Shown piece by piece: positions 7,785 through 16,102 of a stretch of DNA of 64,000 nucleotides (positions are counted from its first letter, which is position 1; each line of letters opens with the position of its first letter). Source of the stretch: an uncultured virus (IMG/VR IMGVR_UViG_3300032213_001453) (taxonomy: Duplodnaviria; Heunggongvirae; Uroviricota; Caudoviricetes); the IMG/VR virus record IMGVR_UViG_3300032213_001453; one strand, 5' to 3'. The notes under the pieces are model-generated. The model made no database searches and was not told where the DNA came from. It saw nothing but the letters and a program-made list of their open reading frames with translations. The position numbers were made by a program, and so were the translations under genes.

Positions 7785-7932
7785 TTTTCCACAGGGGTAC
7801 CTTATGGGCTGCGGCGCAAGGGGGGTCCGATCGATCCTGAGGCGTTCTAGGGGGGTCTGAGAGGATCGGCTTTCTGGGGGTTTTCCACAGTTTCCACAGC
7901 CCTGTGGATAACTTTGCTGGGGCTGTGGATAA
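7785..7932. promoter_or_regulatory. DnaA-box cluster
   Basis: TTTTCCACA 7785 and 7881, GTTTCCACA 7890, TGTGGATAA 7903 and 7924, then a short AT-rich patch. Confidence 0.75.
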
Positions 7933-8054
7933 CTTTCTTATAAAGTATAAGATTATTCGCATACTCAATCTGGGACGGCTGCGCCACCTTCCAAGAAGGG
8001 CGAGCAAGCGAGCGAGGGATTCGGGCTGTAGGCCCGCCTGACTAGCGAATAGGA

Positions 8055-8080
8055 AAGGCCCCGCAAGATTGCGGGGCCTT
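8055..8080. terminator. terminator hairpin
   Basis: AAGGCCCCGCAA-GA-TTGCGGGGCCTT. Confidence 0.7.
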
Positions 8081-8144
8081 GTGCGGGTGATTCTGTTGCC
8101 ACGCTCCCTAGCGCCGACTCTCAGTCAGTCAGAACGAACGCCGA

Positions 8145-8318
8145 TCAGTAATCAGCATCCCAGCGCTCTCCCGCATAATCGGGATCGAAAGCGTCAGGGG
8201 CTGAATCACCGGAGAGGCTGTACGCGCATGATGCGTCGTGACAGTCCCAGCAACGTCCGCCGTTCCACAACGTGGCAACGCTGTCGCCACACTCGGAACA
8301 CGTCTGCAGAGTATCCAT
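8145..8318 (-). CDS. small Zn-finger-like acidic protein (57 aa)
   Basis: CSEC...CWDC; GGAGGTG RBS. Confidence 0.65.
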   Translation of the reverse strand: MDTLQTCSECGDSVATLWNGGRCWDCHDASCAYSLSGDSAPDAFDPDYAGERWDADY

Positions 8319-8439
8319 TTTCACCTCCCTCCGGGCCTTGGTTGGCATCATTGTAAACACACGCTCAAGGGGAACACAAGTACCTACCCAAACAGCAGGG
8401 CGAGCAAGCGAGCGAGGGAGTCGGGCAGGAGCGCCCTTC

Positions 8440-8604
8440 TTAGCCGTCGAATTCCGGCCAGTAATCCTCTCCGTGGCCGTAGGGATCAGGCTCGGACAAT
8501 TCATCCTGATCTATCTGGCCAAGACAAACAGAGCACAAACCCTGAGCGAAGATTTCGCGGGAGCAGTAGAAACAGCAGTCGATTCCACCAGTACGTTCGT
8601 TCAT
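8440..8604 (-). CDS. small Zn-finger-like acidic protein (54 aa)
   Basis: MNERTGGIDCCFYC...CSVC; AAGGAG RBS; below the ORF-track cut-off. Confidence 0.6.
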   Translation of the reverse strand: MNERTGGIDCCFYCSREIFAQGLCSVCLGQIDQDELSEPDPYGHGEDYWPEFDG

Positions 8605-8707
8605 GAGGGTTCTCCTTTATCTAGGTACTAAAGACTGAGACTAATCTAGTCCCTATTGGCAGGGCGAGCAAGCGAGCGAGGAATTCGGCCCGGAGCGCCC
8701 TTTCGGC

Positions 8708-9022
8708 TCACACGGAATCGGCTAGAGTGTTGCGAGTGCCGGGGCGGTAGAGAGCAAGTTTCTTATAGTAGTTCCCGATAACGAACGAATTCCAAGACGG
8801 CGTGAAGAATACCGTGTGAGTCACCTTGTCTTCGCAGTAGGCCACCTCATCGAATTGGAGCGAGTCGTCGGCGTTAAGCGTAACGATCACGTCTCCGATG
8901 CGAGCGTCACAAGCGCGCGCTCCCCAAACCTTCCAATAGCCGGGTTCTCCTGCCTTAAGTTCTTGCCCTTCTTGCGCTGCGAGTCGTGCCGCTGCGAGTC
9001 CGTCAAGTTGATCTATAGCCAT
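8708..9022 (-). CDS. hypothetical protein (104 aa)
   Basis: GAAGGGG RBS before ATG at 9022; TTGACA-N16-TATACT promoter upstream. Confidence 0.65.
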   Translation of the reverse strand: MAIDQLDGLAAARLAAQEGQELKAGEPGYWKVWGARACDARIGDVIVTLNADDSLQFDEVAYCEDKVTHTVFFTPSWNSFVIGNYYKKLALYRPGTRNTLADSV

Positions 9023-9164
9023 TTCGTTCCCCTTCACCGTTTGGCTGACTATTTGCCAGCTCTGTTTGTAAGTATACATCAAACCTAGAGTGTGTCAAGA
9101 ACCTAATCCGCAGGGCGAGCAAGCGAGCGAGGGGCCGGGTCGGAGCGCCCTCGCTCGCCCCTTC

Positions 9165-9380
9165 TCACTCTCCCAGTCCGCAAGCGAGGCGGAATCGTTC
9201 GGGATCGAATCGGGGGTTCTGGGTGACGAGGAAGCAGGAGAGTGACTCCACTGCTCGCCGGAATCCCTCCTCCTCCATCTCGGCGTCTCCGTGGCCCCAG
9301 TCGCCGCGATCCTCAGTGCGGATCGCGTCAACTGAGACGGCGAGCATTCGGGCCAGTTCGTTGTAGTCCTTGCGTGTCAT
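9165..9380 (-). CDS. conserved small phage protein (MTRKDY...NPRFD..RF..AC type)
   Basis: Motif pattern typical of small phage proteins; GAGGG RBS; TATAAT promoter upstream. Confidence 0.65.
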   Translation of the reverse strand: MTRKDYNELARMLAVSVDAIRTEDRGDWGHGDAEMEEEGFRRAVESLSCFLVTQNPRFDPERFRLACGLGE

Positions 9381-9519
9381 GGTTCCCTCTCTTGGGGCCA
9401 GTGGGTCCGGCTCCGTGATCATTATAAGCACACACTAAATAGAGATGCAAGTACCTACCCAATTAGCAGGGCGAGCAAGCGAGCGAGGGGCGCTGGTCGG
9501 AGCGCCAGCGCCCCTCTTC

Positions 9520-9621
9520 TCATCTCCCTCGCTTGGGATCGGTGTACCACTGCCAGAGGGCCAGCAGTGGGAAGGAGAGCCAGAACATGGCAGCGATGAC
9601 ATCACCGAGGTAGACGCGCAT
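9520..9621 (-). CDS. 33-aa membrane peptide
   Basis: MRVYLGDVIAAMFWLSFPLLALWQW...; TGATG coupling to 9621..9710. Confidence 0.45.
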   Translation of the reverse strand: MRVYLGDVIAAMFWLSFPLLALWQWYTDPKRGR

Positions 9622-9710
9622 CAGAGGCTCACAATCTTTCGGGCGATGATGTAGCCGAGGAGTAATCCCGGGGGAGTTGCTAGGGCGAGAGTGATGAGTG
9701 CGTGAATCAT
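9621..9710 (-). CDS. 29-aa membrane peptide
   Basis: MIHALITLALATPPGLLLGYIIARKIVSL; GAAAGGG RBS. Confidence 0.45.
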   Translation of the reverse strand: MIHALITLALATPPGLLLGYIIARKIVSL

Positions 9711-9848
9711 GATTCCCTTTCTGCTAGCGGGCCGTTCCCGCTATGCGGACAGTCTGACATACATTCCAGCGTGACACAAGTACCTACCTAATCGGTAGGG
9801 CGAGCAAGCGAGCGAGGGGGCTGGCCGGAGCGCCAGCCCCCTTCTCTC

Positions 9849-10124
9849 TCACTTCTGGGGGCGTGAGACGTGGACTGTGGGGAGTTCGCATCGTGAGACT
9901 GTCACGACGCCCAGAGGGCCTTCCCAGAGGGTGTGGTTTCCGTTGGTGTGGAGGCAGCGGTAGCCACCCTCTGCCAGCGAGCGATTCCATTCGATGGCAT
10001 TGTTCACGTGGGCAGGGTTGGTGTGTTCGGGGCGATCATTGATGAAGAACTCAACAACGTCGGGGTGAACGGCGTGGGCGATGTTTCCGGTGTATGGGTT
10101 GGCGATGGAGCGGTGGGTGTTCAT
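9849..10124 (-). CDS. hypothetical protein (91 aa)
   Basis: GGAGG RBS before ATG at 10124; TTGACG promoter upstream. Confidence 0.65.
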   Translation of the reverse strand: MNTHRSIANPYTGNIAHAVHPDVVEFFINDRPEHTNPAHVNNAIEWNRSLAEGGYRCLHTNGNHTLWEGPLGVVTVSRCELPTVHVSRPQK

Positions 10125-10435
10125 GGTGTGGGCCTCCGTAGGTCCGTTGTGGTTGGTATGGACATCATTGCAGATCTGACTAGGTACGTCAATACGTGCT
10201 GGCACGTATTCCATTCTGGGGGATTCTCCCCCCATTGCTGCAGGGCGAGCAAGCGAGCGATGGTGCTGGCCTGAGCGCCAGTTGTGTGTGGGTGGTTTAG
10301 GTTTTCCCAGATCGTGTAAAAACGGGGCAGCATTGTTTTGGTGTGTATTAAAGTTTTTGTGTTTTTTGGGTTGAAAAAACCCCAGTTGTTGGCTGGGGTT
10401 TTGGGGGGGTGTTGTGTTGTTTTGTGGTGTTGTGG

Positions 10436-10870
10436 TTATGTGGTTGTCCATGCGTTGAGTAGTGCTTTGGTTACCATTTCGGTGGAGAGTTCGATGTGTT
10501 CGTAGTTGCGTTCTACGAGTGCGTTTGTTTGTGTTTCGTTGTATTGGCCGTGTGAGCTTGAGTGTACGATTTCTGTGTCTACGAGTGATTGTTCGGGGGA
10601 GAGGATGACGTGGACGAGTTCGTGTACGAGTATTTTTTCGATGGTTTCGTTGTTGTGTCGGACTGCTGATGGGAGGTACCATTTGATGTTTGCGTCCATG
10701 TATTGCCATTGGGCGTGTGTGGTTGCGGTGACTTTGTGTTCTTCAAGGTCGTAGTATGTGTCTAGGTATGTGTGTTGGATGTCCCAGTGGTTGAGGCCGA
10801 GGCGGGTTTGCCAGATTGGGGCGAGTTTGTCGATGAGTTTTGTGATTCTTGTGTTGGGGTTTTCTGGCAT
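10436..10870 (-). CDS. HEXXH Zn-metallopeptidase-like protein
   Basis: LVHELVHV motif; W..RLGL..W N-terminus; TGCTATAAT promoter. Confidence 0.65.
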   Translation of the reverse strand: MPENPNTRITKLIDKLAPIWQTRLGLNHWDIQHTYLDTYYDLEEHKVTATTHAQWQYMDANIKWYLPSAVRHNNETIEKILVHELVHVILSPEQSLVDTEIVHSSSHGQYNETQTNALVERNYEHIELSTEMVTKALLNAWTTT

Positions 10871-10926
10871 GGTGTTGTCTTTCTGTGTGTGTTTATTATA
10901 GCATAGTTGTTGTGGGGGCTTTCCGG

Positions 10927-10940
10927 CGAACATTTGTTCG
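10927..10940. promoter_or_regulatory. LexA (Gram-positive/actinobacterial SOS) box
   Basis: CGAAC-ATTT-GTTCG over the -35 region of the 10436..10870 promoter. Confidence 0.6.
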
Positions 10941-10948
10941 TTTTGTTG

Positions 10949-11533
10949 TTAGGCGTGGACCTTTTGGAGCCATCGTGTCATTCTTTGGAGGTTTTCTGTT
11001 GGGGCGTATGTGATGAATGTGCCGTCGATGGAGTCGTATTTTTGGGCTTTTGCGTAGCGTAATCTTTTTAGGCTATTAACTCTACCCATGTGGGTCCATA
11101 GACCTCTCTGGCGGGCTTCTAGGACCCAATGGGAGGCTTCTGGACCGAGCTTCCAGTCGGTGTCGCCTCCGGTGAATACCGCATCGGCGTTATCTGGAAT
11201 ATGTGTGCATCCGTTTTGTAGCACATATGCTACTTTGTAACCTAAATCTTTTACTACTTCGGACCATTGGTACCAAAGTTCGTCGGTTTCTTTGGCGTCA
11301 GCTACTACATCGGGTATTACGGCGAAAAGGCAGCCCGGTTCGTCTTGATAACGTACAAGATTCTTTTCCCAACGTGATTGTTGCCAGTTTGCTGAGAAAC
11401 ATCCGTTATCTAACGCCCATATGGCATTGGGTACGACTTTTTCTCCTGATCTTGGAGTGATCATTTGGCCAAAATGACCTTCACTTATCTGTTCTTTCAC
11501 CTCTTTAGTGCAGGCTGGCGTCAGATATAGCAT
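10949..11533 (-). CDS. TGT/DpdA-like TIM-barrel protein (putative)
   Basis: LDNGCF, PDVV, HMGRV and DSIDG motifs resemble tRNA-guanine-transglycosylase-like phage proteins. Confidence 0.45.
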   Translation of the reverse strand: MLYLTPACTKEVKEQISEGHFGQMITPRSGEKVVPNAIWALDNGCFSANWQQSRWEKNLVRYQDEPGCLFAVIPDVVADAKETDELWYQWSEVVKDLGYKVAYVLQNGCTHIPDNADAVFTGGDTDWKLGPEASHWVLEARQRGLWTHMGRVNSLKRLRYAKAQKYDSIDGTFITYAPTENLQRMTRWLQKVHA

Positions 11534-11768
11534 TTTCTTTGCTTTCTTGCTTCCATTTGATCATATTTGTGAAGTTTACTGCCCACCACATGAAGCTCAT
11601 GGCAATAAATCCGGGTTTTCCGTAGATTACGCTGTAAATAAACCAAGGAATTGAGTGGGTTAGCACGATGAGCCAGCCCCACCAGTACTTTTTGCCGATG
11701 TACCACATTCCTGTAATACCGAAAAGCTCAAAGGCAAACAGTACCCACGTCCACGATGCTTCACTCAT
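11505..11768 (-). CDS. PnuC-like small membrane protein
   Basis: Three TM helices, Trp-rich, KK.WWGW motif. Confidence 0.5.
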   Translation of the reverse strand: MSEASWTWVLFAFELFGITGMWYIGKKYWWGWLIVLTHSIPWFIYSVIYGKPGFIAMSFMWWAVNFTNMIKWKQESKENAISDASLH

Positions 11769-12409
11769 TTTTGTTTTTCGCTACTCAACTTGTATTCGTA
11801 AGCGTCAGAGTCTTCTGTGATCGATTTTGAGGCGTCTTCAACATCCCAGAGGTTTGTGTTCACCAATCGATCAATAAGATTCTCATCTATCTTAGTGGTG
11901 AAGGAAGGTTCAAACAATCTGCAGCGATTATTTGGCTGAATAGCGTAGTTACCATCGTCTCGTTGAATAATATGACCACATTTATGCTGGTCAGGGCTTT
12001 CTGAATAGCTGGTATCCAAAACATTTGCGTCAGGATTGTGCCAATCAAGCGTCATAAGGTATTTGCCACTGATTTGCTTGCCAGTTCGATCACGATAAAG
12101 CATTCTCATGTTTCTAAGGTTAGCGAACTGTGAAACAGAGACATGAGGAGAGAATGAGTTCCAAAGGACAAGATCATGCAAGTCTACTTCCGGAGAGTCT
12201 TCTCTTGAACAGAAAGCAGAAATTGGCATTCGCCACCAAACGGCTCCGTCTTCCATCAGGAAATGAAAAAGTGGACTCCGGTTCTGGACTGATGCTACTC
12301 CGAAGATAACTACTGGAAACTTCTTTTCGTGGCTGTCTTTTTGATTTCGCAGAAAGTTTCCACGAACAAAACATTCAATAGGTGGAATGTTAGCGTTTAA
12401 TTCGGGCAT
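11765..12409 (-). CDS. conserved phage hypothetical protein
   Basis: 214-aa ORF with AGGAG RBS. Confidence 0.7.
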   Translation of the reverse strand: MPELNANIPPIECFVRGNFLRNQKDSHEKKFPVVIFGVASVQNRSPLFHFLMEDGAVWWRMPISAFCSREDSPEVDLHDLVLWNSFSPHVSVSQFANLRNMRMLYRDRTGKQISGKYLMTLDWHNPDANVLDTSYSESPDQHKCGHIIQRDDGNYAIQPNNRCRLFEPSFTTKIDENLIDRLVNTNLWDVEDASKSITEDSDAYEYKLSSEKQK

Positions 12410-12435
12410 ATGAACTCCTTATTGTTTCATTCATA

Positions 12436-12675
12436 TTACATAACGGGGTGACTTTCCTGTACTTCAATGTCTGAAGTAACTCTTTCATGTCCCCAGAGAC
12501 GAACGGCGGGGATACAGGGATCAAAGCCTTCATCCCACTCATTAGCTTCTTCATCTGTCATGTCAAGCCAATCATGTGTAGCACAAGTAGGTTTGCTTAT
12601 CCAGCCATTCTCAACACCAATGTCAAGCCACTTCCAATAATCAAGCTTCATTTCGTTCCATCTCCTGTAACTCAT
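12436..12675 (-). CDS. hypothetical protein
   Basis: Operonic ORF; C.THD...DPC motif. Confidence 0.55.
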   Translation of the reverse strand: MSYRRWNEMKLDYWKWLDIGVENGWISKPTCATHDWLDMTDEEANEWDEGFDPCIPAVRLWGHERVTSDIEVQESHPVM

Positions 12676-12871
12676 TTATCTTAGAGAATAAAAGGTCCGC
12701 ATCCGCTGGCGGTACTTTCACAATCTTACAATTAGACTGTGAAGTTGCCACCGGCAGATGCGGTCCTTTAGATCCACATGACCAACATTGCTGAGGCTTT
12801 CCATCATCCAAGGCCCAACTACAATCACATACACACAAAAACCCTTTGACGTATGGTTGGAAAGCACTCAT
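12641..12871 (-). CDS. Zn-ribbon protein
   Basis: CxC...CxxC. Confidence 0.5.
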   Translation of the reverse strand: MSAFQPYVKGFLCVCDCSWALDDGKPQQCWSCGSKGPHLPVATSQSNCKIVKVPPADADLLFSKINELQEMERNEA

Positions 12872-12880
12872 GTTAGTATT

Positions 12881-13174
12881 TTACTTATTGTTCTCTTTAC
12901 GCAAGTGGACCTTGTAAAGAATGAGGTAACCAATCAAATCATCAATTGGATCTTCGTCCTCATCGGGCTGCTGATTAGCGATTCTGGATAACTTGTCATC
13001 CATCCTCACTCGCAAAGCGTCAGCAGCAGAACCGCGAAAAAAGACATTCAACGGGGAAAGAGCAGAATCACCATACTTCCGATTCTTATCAATCAACATT
13101 GCTTTAATCGCGTCACACTCTAACTCAATAAGAGCAGGAGTGCTTAAGGGTTTAGGCGACATTGGCCAAGCCAC
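12881..13174 (-). CDS. DUF1599 / nucleotide-modification-associated domain 1 (MazG-like)
   Basis: KNRKYGDS...RMDDKLSRI...DLIGYLIL. Confidence 0.7.
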   Translation of the reverse strand: MAWPMSPKPLSTPALIELECDAIKAMLIDKNRKYGDSALSPLNVFFRGSAADALRVRMDDKLSRIANQQPDEDEDPIDDLIGYLILYKVHLRKENNK

Positions 13175-13517
13175 TATTCTTCACATTTGAGATAGTGTCG
13201 GCAAGAACAATGGCGTAATGTTCAATGTCAAAGTCCTTAACAATTTCCTTCTCATTGGCAAGGACATAAAGGGTTGACAAAATATGAAGGGCGGCGTATC
13301 CAGAACTAATGCATCCAGCACCCATATTGCTAAGCTTAACTGTCTTAGCAAAAGACTTGCCATCTTCATCTTGATCAACAATGGTCACATGGTTGTAATA
13401 ACCATCAGACATTGTTTCGGTCACGTTAAACGTATCCCCTGTTGCAGCGAGCAACATAAAAGCTTCGTCAAGGACCTTGCTAATTTCAGGTGTCTTGAGA
13501 AATGTTTCGATATCCAT
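13152..13517 (-). CDS. hypothetical protein
   Basis: GGAGG RBS; GTGCTATAGT promoter upstream. Confidence 0.6.
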   Translation of the reverse strand: MDIETFLKTPEISKVLDEAFMLLAATGDTFNVTETMSDGYYNHVTIVDQDEDGKSFAKTVKLSNMGAGCISSGYAALHILSTLYVLANEKEIVKDFDIEHYAIVLADTISNVKNSGLANVA

Positions 13518-13653
13518 AATTTCCTCCAGTTAGTGGTGGGTTATCTTAGACCGATCTTTTTGTTACTTAATAACATTTTGGGCGACCGGCCTTGAAAGAG
13601 ACTATAGCACAACAAGAATCGGTGCTATCACGATTTTCTGATTATTTTTGGAA

Positions 13654-13911
13654 TTATTCGAAGTCGATTACTTCTTCTTCGAAAGTTCCTTCAATCTCAC
13701 CTACAACACGAACAGAGAAGGATTCTACCTTCTCCTGAAGCATCATAAGAAGCTCTGATGCGCCTTCATGATCGTCCTCTGAGATGAGTTGCAGCCATTC
13801 GCTTGTTCCAACCCAAATATCAACAAGATCAAGGAAATTTTTTGCCTTGATAAAAACAAGATCACTGGGCTTAGAATCTTCTGCCCTGTCGATTTCTTCA
13901 AAAAACGTCAT
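13654..13911 (-). CDS. hypothetical acidic protein
   Basis: Coupled ORF. Confidence 0.55.
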   Translation of the reverse strand: MTFFEEIDRAEDSKPSDLVFIKAKNFLDLVDIWVGTSEWLQLISEDDHEGASELLMMLQEKVESFSVRVVGEIEGTFEEEVIDFE

Positions 13912-14204
13912 TAATCCAACTTCTTTCTATCAAACCATATCCGGTGAAGCTCTAGCTTTTTATATGCTTCATCCGACGAATAGTATACTTTAGCATACGC
14001 TCTGCGGGCGGGTTCGTCGTAGGCATCGCATTTGTTGTTCATGCAGATAAAAAGAACCTTGTAATCCTCTGGATGAGCGGATATGTGAATGGCATCAATA
14101 AGCTCACATTTTTTATTGCAGTATCTGCAAGGTTTATCTGGATACGGGAAGTTGGGTATAGGTTTTCCTAAAAGCTCTCCCCGAAAGTGTTCTGCTAAGT
14201 TCAT
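13911..14204 (-). CDS. Cys-containing hypothetical protein
   Basis: CxxC...C..C; coupled ORF. Confidence 0.55.
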   Translation of the reverse strand: MNLAEHFRGELLGKPIPNFPYPDKPCRYCNKKCELIDAIHISAHPEDYKVLFICMNNKCDAYDEPARRAYAKVYYSSDEAYKKLELHRIWFDRKKLD

Positions 14205-14413
14205 GAAAGATATTCTATCACTCTTTCGAGTTGTTTGGCGATACTTTGAGTGCAGTCAATGAGCATACGAATTTCATCAACATCATATTGCTCTGTTCTC
14301 ACTATCTCAAGCCACCAAGATGGAGTTAGATCGCCATTTTTGTTGTATACGTCAATTGTCAATCTGGTTGACGGGTCTAGATCGTTATTAAATATCTCAA
14401 CAGGCATATTCAA
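14201..14413 (-). CDS. hypothetical protein
   Basis: GGAGG RBS. Confidence 0.5.
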   Translation of the reverse strand: MNMPVEIFNNDLDPSTRLTIDVYNKNGDLTPSWWLEIVRTEQYDVDEIRMLIDCTQSIAKQLERVIEYLS

Positions 14414-14431
14414 CCTCCAAGGTAGATATTA

Positions 14432-14779
14432 TCAAATATCTAGGTCGGTAGATTCTTTTTCTGTTAGATGAACCTTTTCGTGCTCCGATTGCCAGATTTG
14501 AACATTGTCCAGTCTTTCATCAAGTCGGTCTACTTTGCTATCTATGCCGGAAACCTGATTGCTGAGATGACTAAGGAGTGTTTTGCTTTCTTCTGCAACT
14601 GCTTTGTTGTCGTTATGCTGCTGAGTGTTTTCTATTCTGAAAGCTTCGGCTTCGCTTCTCATTCTGCTTGAAGCCTTCTTGTTTGATCTTATTACTGCGA
14701 ATATGCTGCTTCCTGCTGTAATCAACGCAACTGTGATAGGTACAACAATATCTTGAGCTGCTGAGGCTAACTCACTCAT
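14432..14779 (-). CDS. membrane-anchored coiled-coil protein
   Basis: N-terminal TM helix followed by a heptad coiled coil. Confidence 0.6.
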   Translation of the reverse strand: MSELASAAQDIVVPITVALITAGSSIFAVIRSNKKASSRMRSEAEAFRIENTQQHNDNKAVAEESKTLLSHLSNQVSGIDSKVDRLDERLDNVQIWQSEHEKVHLTEKESTDLDI

Positions 14780-15192
14780 TATGACTCCAATGCATTCTAG
14801 TTATAAGATCAAGTCTCATTAATAGATTATATCAACCTCTTACTTTTAATGCCAAGACGTTCATAAATATCCACCGGCAAAAAAAAATCTGCGATTTGCA
14901 CGCGAGATTTTGGATCTTGTGGTATCTTGCAATTAGCTGAAAAAAGCTGTGATCACAGAACAGGTTGATGAGTACGGTTTCGCGAGTATACCAAGCGAAA
15001 TCCTTTTTGTCATTCCCGTTTTTAAGAAACTGGAAAAGATCTGTTATATAATATATATTCTTTAAAACTTCTTATAAAGTTTATAATAGAATCCTGTAGT
15101 CTAAGGAACATAAATGATCTGTAAGGTCAGAGTATGCTAGGATGGTCATACCCAAGGAAGGGTAGGCGACACGGCCTCTAGACTGGAGAATC

Positions 15193-15582
15193 ATGGAAAA
15201 TTACTATAGCTTTCTTATGGAAGAACTTAAAGAGATTACTGAAGAGTTTGATAGTCCTTCTCAGATTGCTCATGAAGTTTGTCTACTTCTTAGTGTAGAT
15301 GGTCTACCTATTCCAGAAACTTTTTTTAAGCTGTATACAGCAAATCTTGCCATAGAGCTTTCTATCCTCTATAATGCTGCAGCATATTTTTCAGGTGCAG
15401 GATTTTTGAATATTGCCTGTGACTGTAATGACTCTGACAAGAGTCTTTGTGAATACTCTGATATCCATCAGAATCCTTTCTTTACAAAGGGCATGGAAGA
15501 GAACTTCTCTCAGCAGGAGTGCTGGCAGCATATTGACATTGCTGTAAATAATATCCGGGAGCATATTATCTGTGATAGTTAA
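15193..15582 (+). CDS. hypothetical protein
   Basis: GGAG RBS; first rightward gene. Confidence 0.6.
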   Translation: MENYYSFLMEELKEITEEFDSPSQIAHEVCLLLSVDGLPIPETFFKLYTANLAIELSILYNAAAYFSGAGFLNIACDCNDSDKSLCEYSDIHQNPFFTKGMEENFSQQECWQHIDIAVNNIREHIICDS

Positions 15583-16102
15583 GTATCCATCTAAGAATTT
15601 AGATCAAGTATCTATTCCAGTATTAGAACATCTTTCTCTTCCAGAAAGAGAAGAGCTTGCTCTTGATATGAGAAAAGAATGCTGGAATGTAAATGGATTA
15701 GGTATTTCCGCAATTCAAATTAATAAGCCCTTCCAGATGTTTGGTATAATTAATCCAAATAAAAAAGATCTAATGTGGATATGTGATCCACATATTGAAT
15801 CTTATTCAGGCTTTGAAATTTTCAATGAAGGATGTCTATCTATTCCAGATTATTTTTGGCCTATTAAAAGGCCGAAATCTATTTGTATATCATATTATGA
15901 TATTTATGGGAATAAACACTGCAAGACCTTCAAGGGACTTTACGCTAGGATAGTCCAACATGAACTGGATCATTTAGATGGTATTCTCATCCCGGATTTT
16001 CTGACAGAAGAGCAGAGAGAAGAGTTCCTTCGACATTTTAAGGCAAAGTCAAAAATTTCAGAGTATAATGCTCCGGAAATAGATATGCCTTGGGATGTTT
16101 AA
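15572..16102 (+). CDS. def: peptide deformylase
   Basis: GLGISAIQI, EGCLS and QHELDH signature motifs. Confidence 0.95.
   Translation: MIVKYPSKNLDQVSIPVLEHLSLPEREELALDMRKECWNVNGLGISAIQINKPFQMFGIINPNKKDLMWICDPHIESYSGFEIFNEGCLSIPDYFWPIKRPKSICISYYDIYGNKHCKTFKGLYARIVQHELDHLDGILIPDFLTEEQREEFLRHFKAKSKISEYNAPEIDMPWDV

Larger units (their letters stand above)
5350..10281. repeat. dispersed intergenic repeat family GGGCGAGCAAGCGAGCGA with GC-rich tail (...GGAGCRCC)
   Basis: Exact 18-mer at 6282, 6779, 7144, 7998, 8398, 8662, 9113, 9469, 9798, 10243; variants at 5350 and 6100; all in the same orientation and intergenic. Confidence 0.95.

Noticed and set aside
6543..9654. ORFs containing ASKRAR or SLARLLA/SLARP
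   Set aside because: Translations through the non-coding repeat, without RBS support.
9892..9906. CRP-like CGTGA...TCACG
   Set aside because: 5-bp spacer and inside a coding region.
5350..10281. CRISPR array
   Set aside because: Intervals are hundreds of bp, variable and gene-containing; no cas genes.
5350..10281. Classical integron attC array
   Set aside because: No RYYYAAC...GTTRRRY ends, no integrase in the window, and modules have their own promoters.
9849..10709. 286-aa minus-strand ORF
   Set aside because: Crosses a repeat and a promoter; the N-terminal part is a by-product of the skewed composition. The real gene likely starts at 10124.
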